Counted from the stretch's first letter, positions 47,402 to 61,200 are shown. The stretch: 64,000 nt of DNA from Raillietiella orientalis (GCA_036172245.1 JAYWIR010000016.1:1178001-1242000); one strand, 5' to 3'. Notes: generated by a model from the sequence alone, not told the origin. Made by a program: numbers and translations.

Positions 47402-49500
47402 CCACGGGTGCGTCTGAGCGTTTATTTCATATAAAAAAAATAAACAATCGTAGTCTCTGCCCAACCAAGTGCAATTTGAAGGAAGCCAGGTTACCAGTTC
47501 GTAGACCGGTGAGGTACGCCACAGCATCATCAGGAAGAAGGCAAACGAAAAAGAAAAAAAAGAAACAAAAAAATAAATAAACAAACTTGGGGTGAGGTGG
47601 GGTGCAGGAAAGAATCATGTTTTGCTGGGGTGGTCCCCTGCATCCTATGCAGGATGCCGGCAAGATCCTGCTGCATGGAGTCCTTCAGGTGGGAACATCT
47701 CGTTGCCATTCTCATGAAGCGGACGGCAAAGTGGATGTGGAACCCCTGTCACTCGGTTCTCTTGCAGCTCTTTTGGTAGTGACAATCTCGTGTAGGCAGC
47801 AGAGGGCTACTGGCGAGGCTGCTGGACGAAGGGCCTCGCGCACGAGGAGGGGTTTCAGAGCATCTCTGGAGTTGCCGGCGGCGACAAAGCGTTCCCAGAG
47901 GGACCGGAGGACAACACAATCCACAAGCAGGTGGAGCGAGGGATTCGCGCTTCCCGTGCCTGTCACAGATCGGGTTTACACCCCAACCGTGTTCAGTAAT
48001 ACTGGCGGGAGCTACACAGGAGGCCCAGGAAAAGGTATCCTGTGGTCATTCATCTTCAGATCCGGTGTTCTTCCTTCTCTCTGACCGATGTCCTCCAGCG
48101 CGCGCAGATACGCGGGAGACCCTTAGCTCTTGCGAGCTCTTGACGGCTTCCGGGAGCGCAAAGCTGCAGAGCTTTCCCGTCCCTGCCGTGTCGCTGCGGC
48201 GGCGCAGGGACTTCCTCCCGCCGGGGAATCAGGGCTAGTGATGCCGATCGTACGATCACTTCGCTCCAGGAGTCGAAGTGCCTCCAGAAGCGGGGATCTT
48301 CGCTGGTGTCCACCTCTGCGGCGGCGGTTTCCCGCTCTCTGATGAGCGGAGGAGCAGGAAGGGTAGCCAGGTTGCGCTGGGTATCTCCGTTGGTGCTGAT
48401 CTGGAGGAACTCGCGGCTAAGAGGGGCGACTCCGTAAGGGTGCGATGGTTCCAGCCCTGCGGGGGGGGGAGGCTTCAACGGAGGATGTGCAGTGGATTCG
48501 GAGCGCCTCTGCCCCGGGTCTCGACCAATCAACGGCTCTTCCGACATGTGCGCAGGGCCACCACCAAGGTGGACGACCATGTGGGGAGGAAAAGAGATTC
48601 GGGGAGAGAGGCGCGTTCCCTGTCTCCCGGATCAGTCAGCTTGGAGAGAAAGTTGTGGAGGACTTGAGGAGAAAATTTGCAGGAGAGCGAACGGAAAGAG
48701 TCCTCGGCGCCTTATCCCTCCAACCTTTACCCCTTCCCGAGTCGGGGAGGATGCCAAACGGCTCGCCACAAACCTCTGCGCCGTCCTTCGGGGAAAAGTC
48801 GTCCCTTGCGCAGATCGCCCCGGCTACCGGACCACGTGGCGTGGTTTGGGAAGCAGTGCGAGCCCTGGGAGCAACGGCATCGCAAGGGTAGCGAGGAAAA
48901 GACACAAGCATCTCCGAGTGTTGTCCAAGGTCCAGGAAATCCTCACTCGGGTCCGGACTTCCGGCCGGAGGCTCAGGTGGGCAGGAAGGAGCGCGAGGGC
49001 TCACGACGACGGAGGCGCAGGTGGGAGCACTTCGCGCCTGCACGGCGAAGTTTCCGCGGGTCGCAGCAGACTCGGGCGTGGCGGGTGATCCAGAGGGAAG
49101 GGATGAGAAGGATGAGGTCTTTCGGCGACGACCACTCCTTCACCCCCCGTTCCCTCCCACGGTTTTATCCTCGGTGGAACTTTCGGGCATGCGCGTGCTG
49201 GGAACCGCGCCGCATCCAGGTGGGCATCCCGGCAAGCGATGCTCTTCTGAAGGAAGGGCCCTGCAGGGGACCCCGCATGAGTGGGTGGCGGTGCTGCAGG
49301 GAACGCCCTCGGACCCGCGGCCTTGAAGCCTCTCCCTCCCACCCGGTGTGGCGCCTTGCCAACGTTCCAGCGCGTGCCGGTCCTCTGAGCGAGGCGGAGG
49401 CGCGTCGTTCCGGCAGAAGGACCGCCATCAGGGCGGATCCTCTGCTGTCAGCCTCTTCCGAGCCTCTTTCCTCAGGAGGGCCACTCGGGAGGAGAAATGA
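47402..49500 (-). mobile_element. Decayed Tx1/L1-like ORF2 with reverse-transcriptase remnants and 3' tail
   Basis: NVGKAPHRV (DxxKAFDRV-like), RGVKEWSSP (GVRQG-like), ICARDDF (YADD-like) in the right order; HLLVDCVVLRSLWERF, HLKDSMQQDLAGILHRMQ; tail AATAAACGCTCAGACGCACCCGTGG. Confidence 0.7.
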
Positions 49501-50479
49501 GAGAAGTCCTGCTGCGACGCTCCTTTGCAACCATAGGTACGACCTCCCGAAGGCAGCGTCCCGGACGGAATGGACGCTGGGCTGAGCAAAGAGGAAGACT
49601 GGAATCTCTCCGGGGGGCGATCCACTACTGCTGCTGCGGGAGCCTTGATCGTTGCCGCTGGGCAGGAGGAGGCGGAGGAGGAAAAGGGAAACGGCGGCGT
49701 TCGCCTCCGGCAAAGCGCCTCTCGAGCCTCCTCGCTGGGAAGGGAACGAGTGGTGGTGGTGGGGACGATGAGCATGACCACACCCTGCGGGTCCGAAGTG
49801 CTGTCAAGGCAACGAGGAGAAAACGGGGCTGGTGACCTGGGCGCGTGAGAGAAGGCGGCTGCGAGGAAAAGAGGAAAAATCAAGCCTCAGGTGCCTGGGA
49901 AGGGGGAGGGGCGGCAGATGCTATCCGTCAAAACATCCGAGACCCGTTCGGCTGCAGTAGGTAAGGCTCTGACGACAGCGTGGGTTCGAGCGATCCACGG
50001 GAAAGGGGGGAGGAACAGGTTTAAAGGGTTTTCCTACTTTTTCTCGTATGGAATGAGGACATAAATAATCCTCCCGGTGTCTTTTGGCAGCGATCCTTCC
50101 GTCTCCATTCCGCTCCTGCCCCCCCACTCTCCTGCGCGCAACGCTGCCAGGGAGGCATCCGCTGTATCTGGAGAAGTTCGTCCCGTTTCGCCTCCTACGA
50201 ATCGATTCTTATCGAAGACTCTGGGAAAAATTTCCGTGCCCCGTTTCACTCACTATCTCGTGCCCGATCTCCCCTCCGCGCCCCCCTCCCTCCTTCCCTC
50301 TTCAAAGTGTTCGCTTTCGGAGCTTTCGTGCAGCTTCCGGAATTGACCTCTCTTTCGAAGCTGAAAGAAGTTCGGGAGGAGGAGTTCGCCTGCGGGAACC
50401 ACAGAAGGGCGGTCGCAGAAGCCCCCTGGGGCTTCCTCAAGATCCTACCAGCACATCCCTCAGTTCCAGAGCACCCTCC

Positions 50480-50855
50480 TTGGCGGTCGCGTGGCTGCGG
50501 CGGCCTCCGCGCCCGATGGGCACCGAGCGACGTGGGTTTGAATCCCCACGTGGAGGATCGACGTCGAGAACGGAGGGTGCGTTGTGGGATTCGAGTCCCT
50601 GCCCCCTGCAGGATGACGCTGGTTGACCTCACAGGCTTCGGGTGTGCTGCAGTGGTGAGAACCGGAAACTGGATGCTCCTGTTGACTGGCCGGGACTGCT
50701 CCGGGGTCCTTTCGAGAATCAAGGAGAGTCGAGTCCCTTCGGGTTCCCTTCTAAGGCAAATAGGACGCAGGTTTTCTTCAGAGTTCTCTCCCAAGAGTAA
50801 GAGGAAAGGATTTCTTCCCCCGGAGTCCTTCCCGGGTTCATAGGGTGGTCCCATC
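50480..50855 (+). mobile_element. tRNA-derived SINE-like element
   Basis: cgtgggtttgaatcccc and gtgggattcgagtccc, ggatgacgctggttgacctcacaggcttcgggtg, tail ending gggttcatagggtggtccc. Confidence 0.75.
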
Positions 50856-53320
50856 GGGTGGCGTGGACGGTGTGGAGGAGCTTGAGCCCCTAGGCGAACG
50901 GTTTCTGCGTTCCTAGCGTCTCGGTGTCTCCAAGGAAGCGTGGTAGCGAGACGGACCGCCTCTATGGTTTCCTCGCGCTCTTCCTTTCCCGGACTGACGA
51001 TCAAAAACAGTCCCTGCGGGAGATCCGCCGCTAGGGGAGTTTCCTTCCTCTCCCTTCCCCCTCTGGACGCTGGGTCGCACCTCTGCCAGATCGCTCTGCC
51101 AAGTGTTGCTTCAGGGGGAGCTGCTCGGCGAATCAACCGCAGGCTGCGCACCAGGATGGCAGTCGCAAAGCTCTCCCGTCTTCGGGTGCGATGCACGCGG
51201 GGGATAAGAGAAGAGGAGGGGAGGGGGCCCAGCCGCAAATTCCGCCGCAAGGGACGCGTTTGGGGCGCGGCAGGTATCGAGCAGCATCAGGAGGGGAATG
51301 ACGCGCGAGGACCATCCGGGATGTCTGCGGGAGAGGGGCCGAAATTCGAAGAGCCGGGAAGAGAGAGCTTGACTTTTCCCTCCGACGGTCCCTCTGAGCA
51401 TCCCTATGTGCCTCTCCCTCTTTTTGCTTATTTCTTTGAGCACGGAGAGATCGGAGGGATGAACGACCGAAGCGTTCCGACCGCCAAGGCAACGAAGAGG
51501 AGACGGGGTTGTCAGGCCTGGGCGTGTTTCCTCGCTGCCGTTTTCGGATCCAAGTCGTATGGGATGCTGGGCGCATCGCCCACCGGACGGGGTTCTGTCC
51601 GGACCATCCCGCTTCGAGGTGCTGCATGATCGAAGCCTGCTGGTTCGGACGCGGGAGTATCACTGCCGTCTCTTCGAGCCGCCTCGTGCAACCCATCGCG
51701 GGCTCACCCTGGAAACCGCAGAAGCATGGAAACCCCGCGAGCGCAAACCTGCGACCTTGGGTCCGACCCGTCCATCGCATCATCCGGTTCGCCGTGCCAT
51801 TAAGCGTGGCCGTGACGTAGAACCGCCGCGTGGACCCGGATGGCGTCTCATCCGCGCCCGGAATTTTCAGGTCCGTGCACAGTGGGGAAAGCTTGGCAAC
51901 GTCCTTCGCAGTCCCTCCGTGCCGCTGCGCATTCCGGCATCACTCGGTGAACCGACAATCGATGACCTGAGTGCGAGACCCGCTCCCTCCCCATGACATC
52001 CTGGAGCTTCCGGCGTGGGCACACCTGCAACAAGTGACGTCCGGATGTGCTCCTTGACCTCACAAGGCGAATCCCCGGACCCATGGCAACGGAACAGCGC
52101 TTTTAAGGGGACCAGGGAACGTCCCGGGGTCCATCGCACGTGCTACTCGGAAGAGCCCCGTCTGGATGCGTGCGAGCCCGCGACCGGAGCCTCGAGGAAA
52201 CCAGGAAGGTGGTTTCGGGAACAAATCCCCTTTTCGATGCCCTAGGCGTCCTCACGGTTTGTCCATCCAGTCCTCAGGTCCCGTGCTTGCATTCCCTGCC
52301 CCGGATGAGGCGGAGCTGTGACGCCGGCCATACTCCGTACCAGGCCGGTTCGGGATCGAAAGGTCTCCGAGCAAGCGAGACTACCGTCTGCGATGCCGAG
52401 GGAACGGTCCAGGAGCGAGGCTGCGCTCACAGAGTTCGAATCTGTCTAGAACCTGAAAGAAGGCCGTCGCCGTGGGGGTGCTTGCGTCCGTGAGCAAGAC
52501 GTTTGTCTCGGAAGCAAACAAACAAAGGGAGGAGAAGTGGTGGTGGAGAGGTGCGTAAGTTTTCGCGAGCGCCACAACGGAGGGCGTTGCCATAACAGCG
52601 AAGGGCGATCGCACGTACCATAAACAAAGAGCATGATTGGATGCAAGATCGACCACGCTTGTAGCCACGGTGGGTTACCGAGAGGCGAAAGGCGTCTGTC
52701 TGTCTCCTCAGGGGGAACCAGAAGCGCGATGACCGTGATGACCACTTCTGGTTAACCTCGAAGAAGAGTAGGAGGGAGACGAGAGGAAAAAAATTGTTTA
52801 TCCGCTGGCGCGCCGACACGGAAGGAGGGGGGGGGGGGAAGAAATCGGCTTCTCCGCCCGCCCAGTTTCCTGAAGAGCCCACCCGCTCTTCTTCGAGGCG
52901 GTTGTCGTCCGTGCACGCGCTTGCGCGCGTTCCTTTCCGAGTTCACCCCGGAGAGAGAGAGGGAAACCCCCTGCGCCTTTCCTCATCTGCTCCGCGTATG
53001 CCCAAAGAGGAGAGTCGGTTCTCCTCAGCACGCGCAGCTGACAGGCGATCAGCCGGTGAGAGAGAGACGAGTGCTGAGGTCACGGGAGAAACTGCGGTTC
53101 ACAAGGGAGGATTCTCACCCCCCCACTCCACTCCCCCGCTTCACTCTTGCGACTCTCAAGGGCCACTGGAACCCACCTCCGTCCCGCTGAAAACGCTTTC
53201 TAGATTGAGATGAGCGGGGGGAGTGATGGGAGTAGGGGAGGGGGAAAAGAAAGTAGCGTCCCCGACCGGCTCGCAGGTTCTCTCCAGGCGTAGGGATTCC
53301 TGACTCTGGAAGCCTCACTT

Positions 53321-54481
53321 ATGCTGCGGTTTTTCCAGCACTCGTTTCAGCCTCGGTCTCCCCGAGAGCAGTTCCTTAGCGACGAGATCGCTTTTCTTAA
53401 ATTACAGATCCTATTTTCGTCGGCATGGCAGCAGCTCCCGGAAGAGAAACCACGAGCGGATCCAGGGCCGGCAGACACGACGATGATGCAAGGAGAGCGG
53501 GAGGGAGCCGCGCCTGAGTGCAAGGCAGGAGGCGGGAATCCCGGAACCCGAGGGAGCACGGCAGGTGGTTTCCAAGAGGCGTGGAGTTCCGCGCCTGCGG
53601 AGGAAAGGGGACGGCACCTCCGGGCACTCTTCCCAGGGAAAAATCCCGAAAGCTCGAAGTCCGGAAGAAGCGGGCGGAGGGTACAAAGGGAGGTGGTGAT
53701 CAGTCAGGAGCGCTCGCAGGAAGTTGCGACTTCTGACGTTCGGGAAGGTTGGGATAGGTCGCCTCGCTCCCCCACTCCAGAGGAACGAAGCAGAGGTAGT
53801 CCGACACCTGGCATGTCGAAGCTTCAGGGCGCAGTGACGGCCAGGTTCGGAACGAGCAGCAGCGGGAGGGGAGCATGGGGTCCCTGCCTTTCCGGACGTC
53901 GTCTCGGGGGCAGCTTCCACCGCTCAGTTCTCGTCCCAACAACTTGGGCGGAGCAGCGCTGGGCAGCAGCGCACCGGGAGGAGCGGGACGCGCAGGAAGT
54001 GATAGTGGTACAAGATGCAGGAAGGGCATCGCAACAGGACACACAGGAAGAGAACGCGAAAACATTGGAGGAGAGATTGGTACAATCGGTCGGAGATGAA
54101 CGAAGAGCCCCAGATCGAACAAGGTCAGGGGGTTCGGCGTTCCTCAGCTCCTGGGTGAGACTCGTGACCGCCGCGAAGAGGGAAACGCAGGAGCGGAGGC
54201 GGGAAAAATCGGGGAAGAGGGGGAAAGGGAACAGAGCGTCATGGGAACCAGTCCGCCTGCTTCCGTCTCGACCGGGCGCTCGTGCCCCTGTGGAGCTGGG
54301 ATGTCTTTCTCCAGGGGAGAAAAAAGCAGCAAGGCACATCCTCATCGGACCAGCGGATGTTTTGGATGACCGAGCTCGTCCCGCGGACACCTCGACACGG
54401 CTCGCCTCTGCAAGAGACATCTGTCCTTGGAATGCATTCAATAGGAAGAGACGTGTATTTTGATTTTTAATAAATAAACGC
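53321..54481 (+). other. 380-codon intronless ORF, probably a retroelement C-terminal relic
   Basis: CLSPGEKKAARHILI and WNAFNRKRRVF resemble a decayed CCHC and WxxRN end; followed at once by AATAAATAAACG as in the LINE tails. Confidence 0.35.
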
Positions 54482-54499
54482 TTCGTCGTGACCGAATGT

Positions 54500-54665
54500 C
54501 AACCAGCTCTGCACCCGAAGCCTGCAGGCCAACCAGCATCATCCTGCGGGAGGGACTCGAAACCCACGACGCACCCTCCGTTCTCGGCGTTGATCCTTTT
54601 CCGGGTGGGATTCAAACCCACGACGCCAGGTGCCGCCACACGAGGAAGCAGCAGCCACGCCGACG
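54500..54665 (-). mobile_element. tRNA-derived SINE-like element (head only)
   Basis: ggtgggattcaaacccacgacgcc and gggactcgaaacccacgacgcac, plus cacccgaagcctgcaggccaaccagc. Confidence 0.75.
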
Positions 54666-57279
54666 CCTCTTCAGATTTCCAGCCAGCGATTGCTAGCTAG
54701 TTGTGTTTCTGGGATCCTAAGAAAGCTGATGACCTCCAAGAGGTGGGAATCTCTGGAACCATCTCAGCAGGACGGCCTCGAATGTCCATCGTATCGTACG
54801 CACTGGCTAAGACCTACCAGAACGATTGAAATCAGGCCGGCATAGTCGAGGAGGCCAGGAGAATGCCAGCATCCTTTAGCTCCACGAAACACTAAAGATT
54901 AAGAAGGGTGGCTCGTCTCAGTGGGAGCAACCCTCCGATGCTCAAGGAGAACATATGGGTTCGAACCCTGGTGAATCTCCCTGACAACGCCGTTGTCAAC
55001 AAGCAGCATCCCCCCTCCCGTGAGCTCGTCACGGACCAGCCCTTCTCCAGCAAGGACGAAGCTGGAAAGATTAAAAAAACGGCGAAAGCTGCAAAGAATT
55101 GATCCTCGGATTTCCATATTCAATCCAGAGTCTTTTGAATTAATTCTCCCCTCCTTCCAGCACAATAAAGAAGAGGGGAAGTCCGACTTTCGTTCTCAGT
55201 CTCAAGCTTTTGCCACAGAAACGCCCACTGGTGCATGAGGTTTCCGTATCGAACTTCATCCATCTCAGTCTTAGAACCTCACTGCGGCCATGTGATCAAA
55301 CCGAGAGGATCAGAAGAGCATTCGACGTCCCTCAGAGTTATATGGTAGAACCTCTGAACCTCTTGCCGACTTGATGGTTCTATCACGTGCCCAGAAGCTC
55401 GTCCGTCCCAGCGCACCTCTCGATGGCCAACTGCCGAGAGCTTTCCCACTTCCGTGGAGAATTTTTCCAGCGCCTCCAGGTCCATTCGCGTGCACCCAGC
55501 GCCTTCCCGGGCACAGAGTTTTCAAACTTTCGAAGATTGCCTTCCAGGGATGCAGAGTTCCAACAGCTGGAGATCCCAAGGGAGTGCAAAAGCGGAGTCT
55601 GTTTAAGAGTGAAAAGTCGGAGAGAAGGACGTTAACACAGGAGAGGACTCTGCAGTGAACGATGAGGATTTATCTTTCCGGTTCATAGTGCTCTCTCCTC
55701 CTCTCTCACTGATCCTCCCATTTTGTGTGGAGTCTCGTTACCATAACGTCGGACCTCTTGATTTGCTACAGGAGGCGAATCGCTTGCATATCCCTGTCTG
55801 GAGGAGCCGCGAAGCGGCGGCGGCTGCGCTTTTAGTGTTGACGAGTGACGTCATTATCTGTTTCGGGCGATGGAATCCTTTGAGTTGCTTCTTGGGCCCA
55901 GAGAGGAACAGACGGAAAGCACAAGCTTCGTTGCCAGTTAAGACTGAGATGAAGGAGGGATGGCAACAGCAGCCCTCCACAGCGTGCCTCAGCAGCGAAT
56001 CCCGATAGGATTCAAGCAAGCCCTTCATCCCGTTGCACTGCTTGGACCTTATTGGCACGGCTCCAAGAAGACTGAATGCGAAGCCTCTCCGTCGTTGCTG
56101 ATTGCAACCTGCACAGAGTTCTTTTTTTTTTTTTTTTTTTTGAGGGAGGAGCATCTCTTGTGTGCATTTGGGTCCTCAGAATCCGCAATCCACGTCTGTC
56201 CATGTCAGAGCTCCCGTTAGACTCTCTTGCTCATCTTCCTTCCCAGCATCTTGGCAATGCTGTGTTCCTTCGGGATCGCTTCTACCTCCTCTCCTTGAGT
56301 AGTAATTGCCTTTGTGTGGACGCAAAAGAGTGGCCCACTTTCTTAAAATAGGAGGAGACGATTCGAGAGAGTCCTGGGGTTCACGTTCAAAATTTGGAGG
56401 TGCACAGGTGAACGGCCATGGAGTCTCCGAGTGGGAGACCGCCACCTCACCTCCTGAAGGCAAGAGCAGTCTTGTCTGCCGGGTGGAAAGGGCAAGGAAG
56501 CATTCGCGAAGTAGGAATCCCAAGTCATCTGAATCAGGAGTGAATTCGTCCTTAGAGCATCCGGATGGCATTCAGATGAAAGAGATGGGATGCAGTGAGA
56601 GAAGGGGAGAAAACGAAAAAAAAAAAAAAATGAGACGGTGGATGACCGAGTTCTTCTGCGTCATTTCCATTCCTTCATAAGGGCACCATCCATCTGCAGT
56701 CGAGGATGAGATGAGGGATTTAGGCAGGCAGAAGGGAGATCAAGGAGAAAAGTAGGATGCACTTCGAGGTAGATTTTAGGAATCTTTTCCCTGAGAGAGG
56801 GTCCACACTCCCAGTTTCCGTTTGTTCTAGACGTACTAGTGAAGGAGATTGCTACAAGGTGAGTTTGTCTTCCTGATCGTTATCTTCTTGCTTCTCTTTC
56901 TCCGGCTGGTGGCATCCGGACCAAATGAACTGCAGCTCGTGAGAGATTTAAGTAGGAGCTGCAGAGCGGAGTCCCTGTTTTGGAGTCATCAAGATGGCGT
57001 GCTCGGACTGCTCACGTGGTCGTGAGAAGTCCAAGATGCACGCCGAAGGGAGACCAGTTACTCACTGGTGATAGAGGAAATGATCTTTTCTGCACTAGCT
57101 GAGCGTGGTTTGTGCTCCTCGTGGTTAATGGCGGTCGCATGAGTGATGAGACACGCACTGAAATGAGTTTGCGGAAGCGTAAGATGGACCCTGTTTTACC
57201 TCGAACGCCACAGAAGCTTCTGACAAGATGTCATGGATGCAAAGTTTTTTTAGAAGAGCAGAAGGATAACATGGGCACA

Positions 57280-58210
57280 CGTCCCCAAGGAGCAGTGGAT
57301 GGGTGCGCTGAGAAGGGAGGACACTCTTTGCATGTGGAACCCGTCGGGTAGAGAGAGGTTCCAGAAAGGATGGGAAAACTGCACTTCACATTGCTCCGTC
57401 GCAGTCTCGTGAAAGAATTGAAAAGTTCCTTTTAAATTTCAATCTTGAGGATGTAAACTGTTGCGACAAGAATGGCGAGGGGCCTCTCCAGATAGCTACC
57501 AAAAATGGATGCAACCCAACGACGAAACTTCCTCTGGATAGCAGCGCCCACGTCAATGATAAAGACTTTTTTGACGAAACAGCACTCCGCCCTGCTCCTG
57601 CATTTGCAGCTGGTGAACTGTGTTTACCCTTCTGCAACATGATCCAGATGTTAATGTTCTCAACTGCAGTTGCGAAACACTAGTAGATGTCGCTCTCGAG
57701 ACTGTGGAACTGCGCTGTGAATTGCCCGGTAACCATGGCAGCGACTTGATCGTGAAGCCTGCATGTGAACTTGCGGCCGCCAAACCGGCGTCCAGTTGAG
57801 CAAACCGAGGATGTGCCGTCTCCATCGGCAGCTGCGAGGAGCCAGCTCTGGCACGCTTTTTGATGGAAATGGGAGGAGCAAGCAACGAGGGAAAAGAAGG
57901 CCAGAGATCACGTTTCCCTCTACCCCATCTTCATCTCGCCGCGTGTACTTCCCCAGCAAACTCCAAGCTGATCGGAATCATGAAATCGCGGCATTTCGAA
58001 AGTCAGCTTCCAGTGCGTGCCACGCTGATGGAGCAAGAGTTCGACGTCGCAGCTGAAAGAAGGAAGCTCTTAGAGGATTTTCACAATGCTTTCTATGCCT
58101 CTTTCAACATCTTTGTCGTTTTGCCGTACACCCATGCTGATCGTATCTGCAGACATCTGAATGATAAGGACCTAGGAAGCCTCCTAAGTGTTTTCCAGAG
58201 GCACCACCGA
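57280..58210 (+). pseudogene. Intronless ankyrin-repeat plus PRANC/F-box-like pseudogene
   Basis: DGKTALHIA (57369), DVNCCDKNGEGPLQIATKNG, AHVNDKDFFDETAL, frameshift, LQHDPDVNVLNCSCETLVDVA, DLIVKPACELAAAK, HVSLYPIF, ERRKLLE..LPYTHADRICRHLNDKDLGSLL. Confidence 0.7.
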
Positions 58211-59331
58211 TGCCATTTGAAAGAGCGAAGGGCTTGGCGACGGCGATTTTCCAGACATACTCTCGACATGAAAGTGAAATCCTGTTCGTGAAAACTGGAT
58301 GCGGGGTAGTGAACCCACCCCTCAGCGGCTTTGCTTGGAATTTCGAGAGGCAGAACGCTCGTCTCTTGGGCTCCAAGGCAAGCAGTTGCGCTCATTTGCG
58401 TGCCTCGCTACGGCTGGAATGGTGCAGACGCAGCCACTGGAGCGAAAACCTCACAGCTCGACTGCTCCCCTAATACGTGGTTTGGGCTTCCCACGGCAAG
58501 CAGGAGCTGTGGATGCAGCGCGCGCGCCTCGTGGAGATCCCCACTACACATGAGCATCGTCCATGCTACCAAGGAAACTTTCCAACAAGAGAGAACAACA
58601 CTCCATGTTTCCGTTAAGGGCAAGGAGGTCCCATCAGGCCGAACGACCCCCTGCGTTTGCAGACGGTGGGCTACTCAAGCAAGAATGGAAAGAATAGCAA
58701 TTTGCTCTTCTCTTGCAAGCTATGCGACAGCGTACCGTGATTGAATAGAAATACGTGACCTGACAAACACACAAAGAGTGGATCAAGGAGGGGATGGGAT
58801 GGGGGGGAGGTAGGGAGGAAGAAACCCACGTTCTTGGTTTCCGTACTGATTGAAACGAGGTGCTCCTACTGGCTGAGCTCGAATGCAGCATCATTGGAGA
58901 GGACAATCGAGCGAAAGGATTTCTTCACATGGCAGGCGCATTGGCATCATGGGACGAGCTCGAACGAGGGTCGTCGGGGGGAAGACAACTACCGAATCTG
59001 ACGGAGGCAAAGATGCGGTGCGGATTCATGGAGGGAACAAAGTATTTCCTCCATGAATCAACCGTTTTCACCTTCGAAGACCAAAGCGTTCCTTTCGCAA
59101 ACTTCGCTGCACGGCCGCCGGATGTGCATCGAGCAAGCAGGCGAGCGATCAGACCCAGCGATCCCGCTTTCTGCTCCCCCTTCGAAGGAAACGCGCCCGC
59201 TCGTTGGGAGGGAAAAAACCACCCGGCGCCACTGAGACAGGAGGAAGACGAGCCGCGAAGGTTCCTAGGAGAAGGCGCGGGAGAGCTCCCGGTTCCCAGA
59301 GCTGGCTGTCCAGAGGCAATCTGTGAAGCAG

Positions 59332-59640
59332 CCACAGGGTCATGCCGGGACGTTTATTCCCTCAGAAACGGAAACGTGCAAAAAACCCAGGAGCCGCGTC
59401 CCCAAGAGTAACAAATAGAAGTACCCGGGGAGGGTTCACCGACATACAGGTCGGAGAGTCCGGAACGAAAAGGAGGGGATGATAAATGGAAGAAGAAAAA
59501 AAAGATAGAGGGAGGGAATGGACTGGGGTCTCTGGCATGGACCGTTCTTTCTCCACAGCCTTCTCAGGATGAGACGAGCTCTTCTGGAGACTTGGTGCGA
59601 GGTGGGTCTACCTCGCTGCAGCCCACATGGAAACCACCCT
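59332..59640 (-). mobile_element. Short non-LTR 3' end
   Basis: cgttccggact..ccgacctgtatgtcgg hairpin as at 24536-24572; tail AATAAACGTCCCGGCATGACCCTGTGG. Confidence 0.7.
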
Positions 59641-59710
59641 CTAGGTGGGTGATTTCCCGCTGCTGCGAGCTGTAGCACTCTGGTTCTCCATGTGGGGGCA
59701 TCCGGAGCTG

Positions 59711-61200
59711 CCACCCGGTCAGGCCGGGGCGTTTATTGAAACCAATAAACTTGCAACTTTCGTAGTGGGGCACATACCCCCCTCATTCGATTGTTCAACG
59801 GACCTGCCAGCTCACCGGTTGGGTTCACCTCGGCAGAAGAGGGGGATGGGGAAAAACAAACATAAAAATAAAATAAATAATAAGTAAAAATAAATAAGAA
59901 CACTCTGGAGGATCGGGAGGGGATCACTGTCCTCTGTAGGGAGTAATTGAGGCTTTATTTGGGATTGTTTATGGAATATGAGTATAAATGGTATATCATT
60001 AAAGTCGATTATGGATGCATCCTTTCCAGGTTGCCGGCTAGGTGCGTCTGAATAGGTCCCAGGTAAGGGCTATCTCACCACCATCCGCAGAAAGCAAACT
60101 GTGAACTGGACGACGTCCCTCCCGTTTCTTCCTCCGTCGGCTTCGCTCCAGCCGACTCAATTCCGCGGATGCAATAAAGTGGTGCTGGGGCTGCGGCTGC
60201 CTGCACGGCATCCCTCACAAAGAGGAACCGTAAGACATTCCTGAGGGCTCCAACCGGGATCCGGAGAGTCGTCCCAAAATGTTCTCACAGGAACCGGAGC
60301 GCGACACAGTCCACAAGCAGATGCGAGAGGGATCCGCGTTCCCCGCACCTGCGTCCCCAGTCCAGGCTGATTCACCTCCCCTTCCCCCCCCCCTGGTTCA
60401 GTTTCAGGGAAGACCCCAGTACAGCAGAAGTGCCGACTCCTGCCACTTCAGGGGGAGGGCACTGATGCTCTTGAATACCAGGGGCCACTCCAGGTCTTCG
60501 CTAGGAATACGGGGCAGCTAGCTCCAGGTCTTTAGTTCTCGCGGAAGGACACTGGGGTAGCAGCATCTGCCAGCTGCTCCATGGTCCAACCACTCATAGT
60601 CTTCTGTTTGCCTGCAATCTTGCAGGAGACGTGCCACCTCAGCGTTTGACTGCTGCCAAGCGTCCTCTTCAGGAAGGACATCACTGCAGCGAGGGGGTCG
60701 TCTTCGCCCACGCGTTTTTGCTGAAAGACTCCAGGATGTCCGTAGCGGACGTGGTTGTCGAGTCGCAGGCAGTCCTATGTCTCGGATCTCGGCTCCTTCA
60801 TCTTTGCCCGCGTGCCAGCTGTGTCCTCTAGCCAGGTGCCAGGGTTGGCGGGGCGGCAAACCATGCGGCCGCTCTCCTTCGCCAGGTGACCAGGCTACCG
60901 AGGAGGGGACCGCATCTCCGCAACTCAAGAGCATTCGGAGAGAGCCCAGTGAATTTCAGAGGTGATCCATGAAGAGGGATGCTGCAAGCAAACCGGAAAT
61001 TCAGGTGTTCCGATAAGGGGAGGCAGGGGAGGATCTCCTCTGCCGTGCTCAATCGCTCGCGATTTCAGTGGTCCGCAGTTTCCCCAAGTCCAGCGCACCT
61101 TGCGGTGAGGCGCGCTAGGAAGAGGGACCGAGTCCCGAGACCGTTCCGTGCCCAGAGGTTCAAGCTCATCCCCCTCCCCCTCTTGGTCAAGCTGTAGGGA
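59711..61200 (-). mobile_element. Tx1/L1-like ORF2 C-terminus plus 3' UTR (decayed)
   Basis: SISALPLKWQESALLLYWGLP, PSRICLWT/HLLVDC region; tail AATAAACGCCCCGGCCTGACCGGGTGG. Confidence 0.8.

Noticed and set aside
52570..52645. X-box-like gttgccataacagc and CCAAT promoter
   Set aside because: Imperfect short motifs with no associated gene.
54700..57250. Coding-looking decayed sequence
   Set aside because: No motif I could assign to a family.
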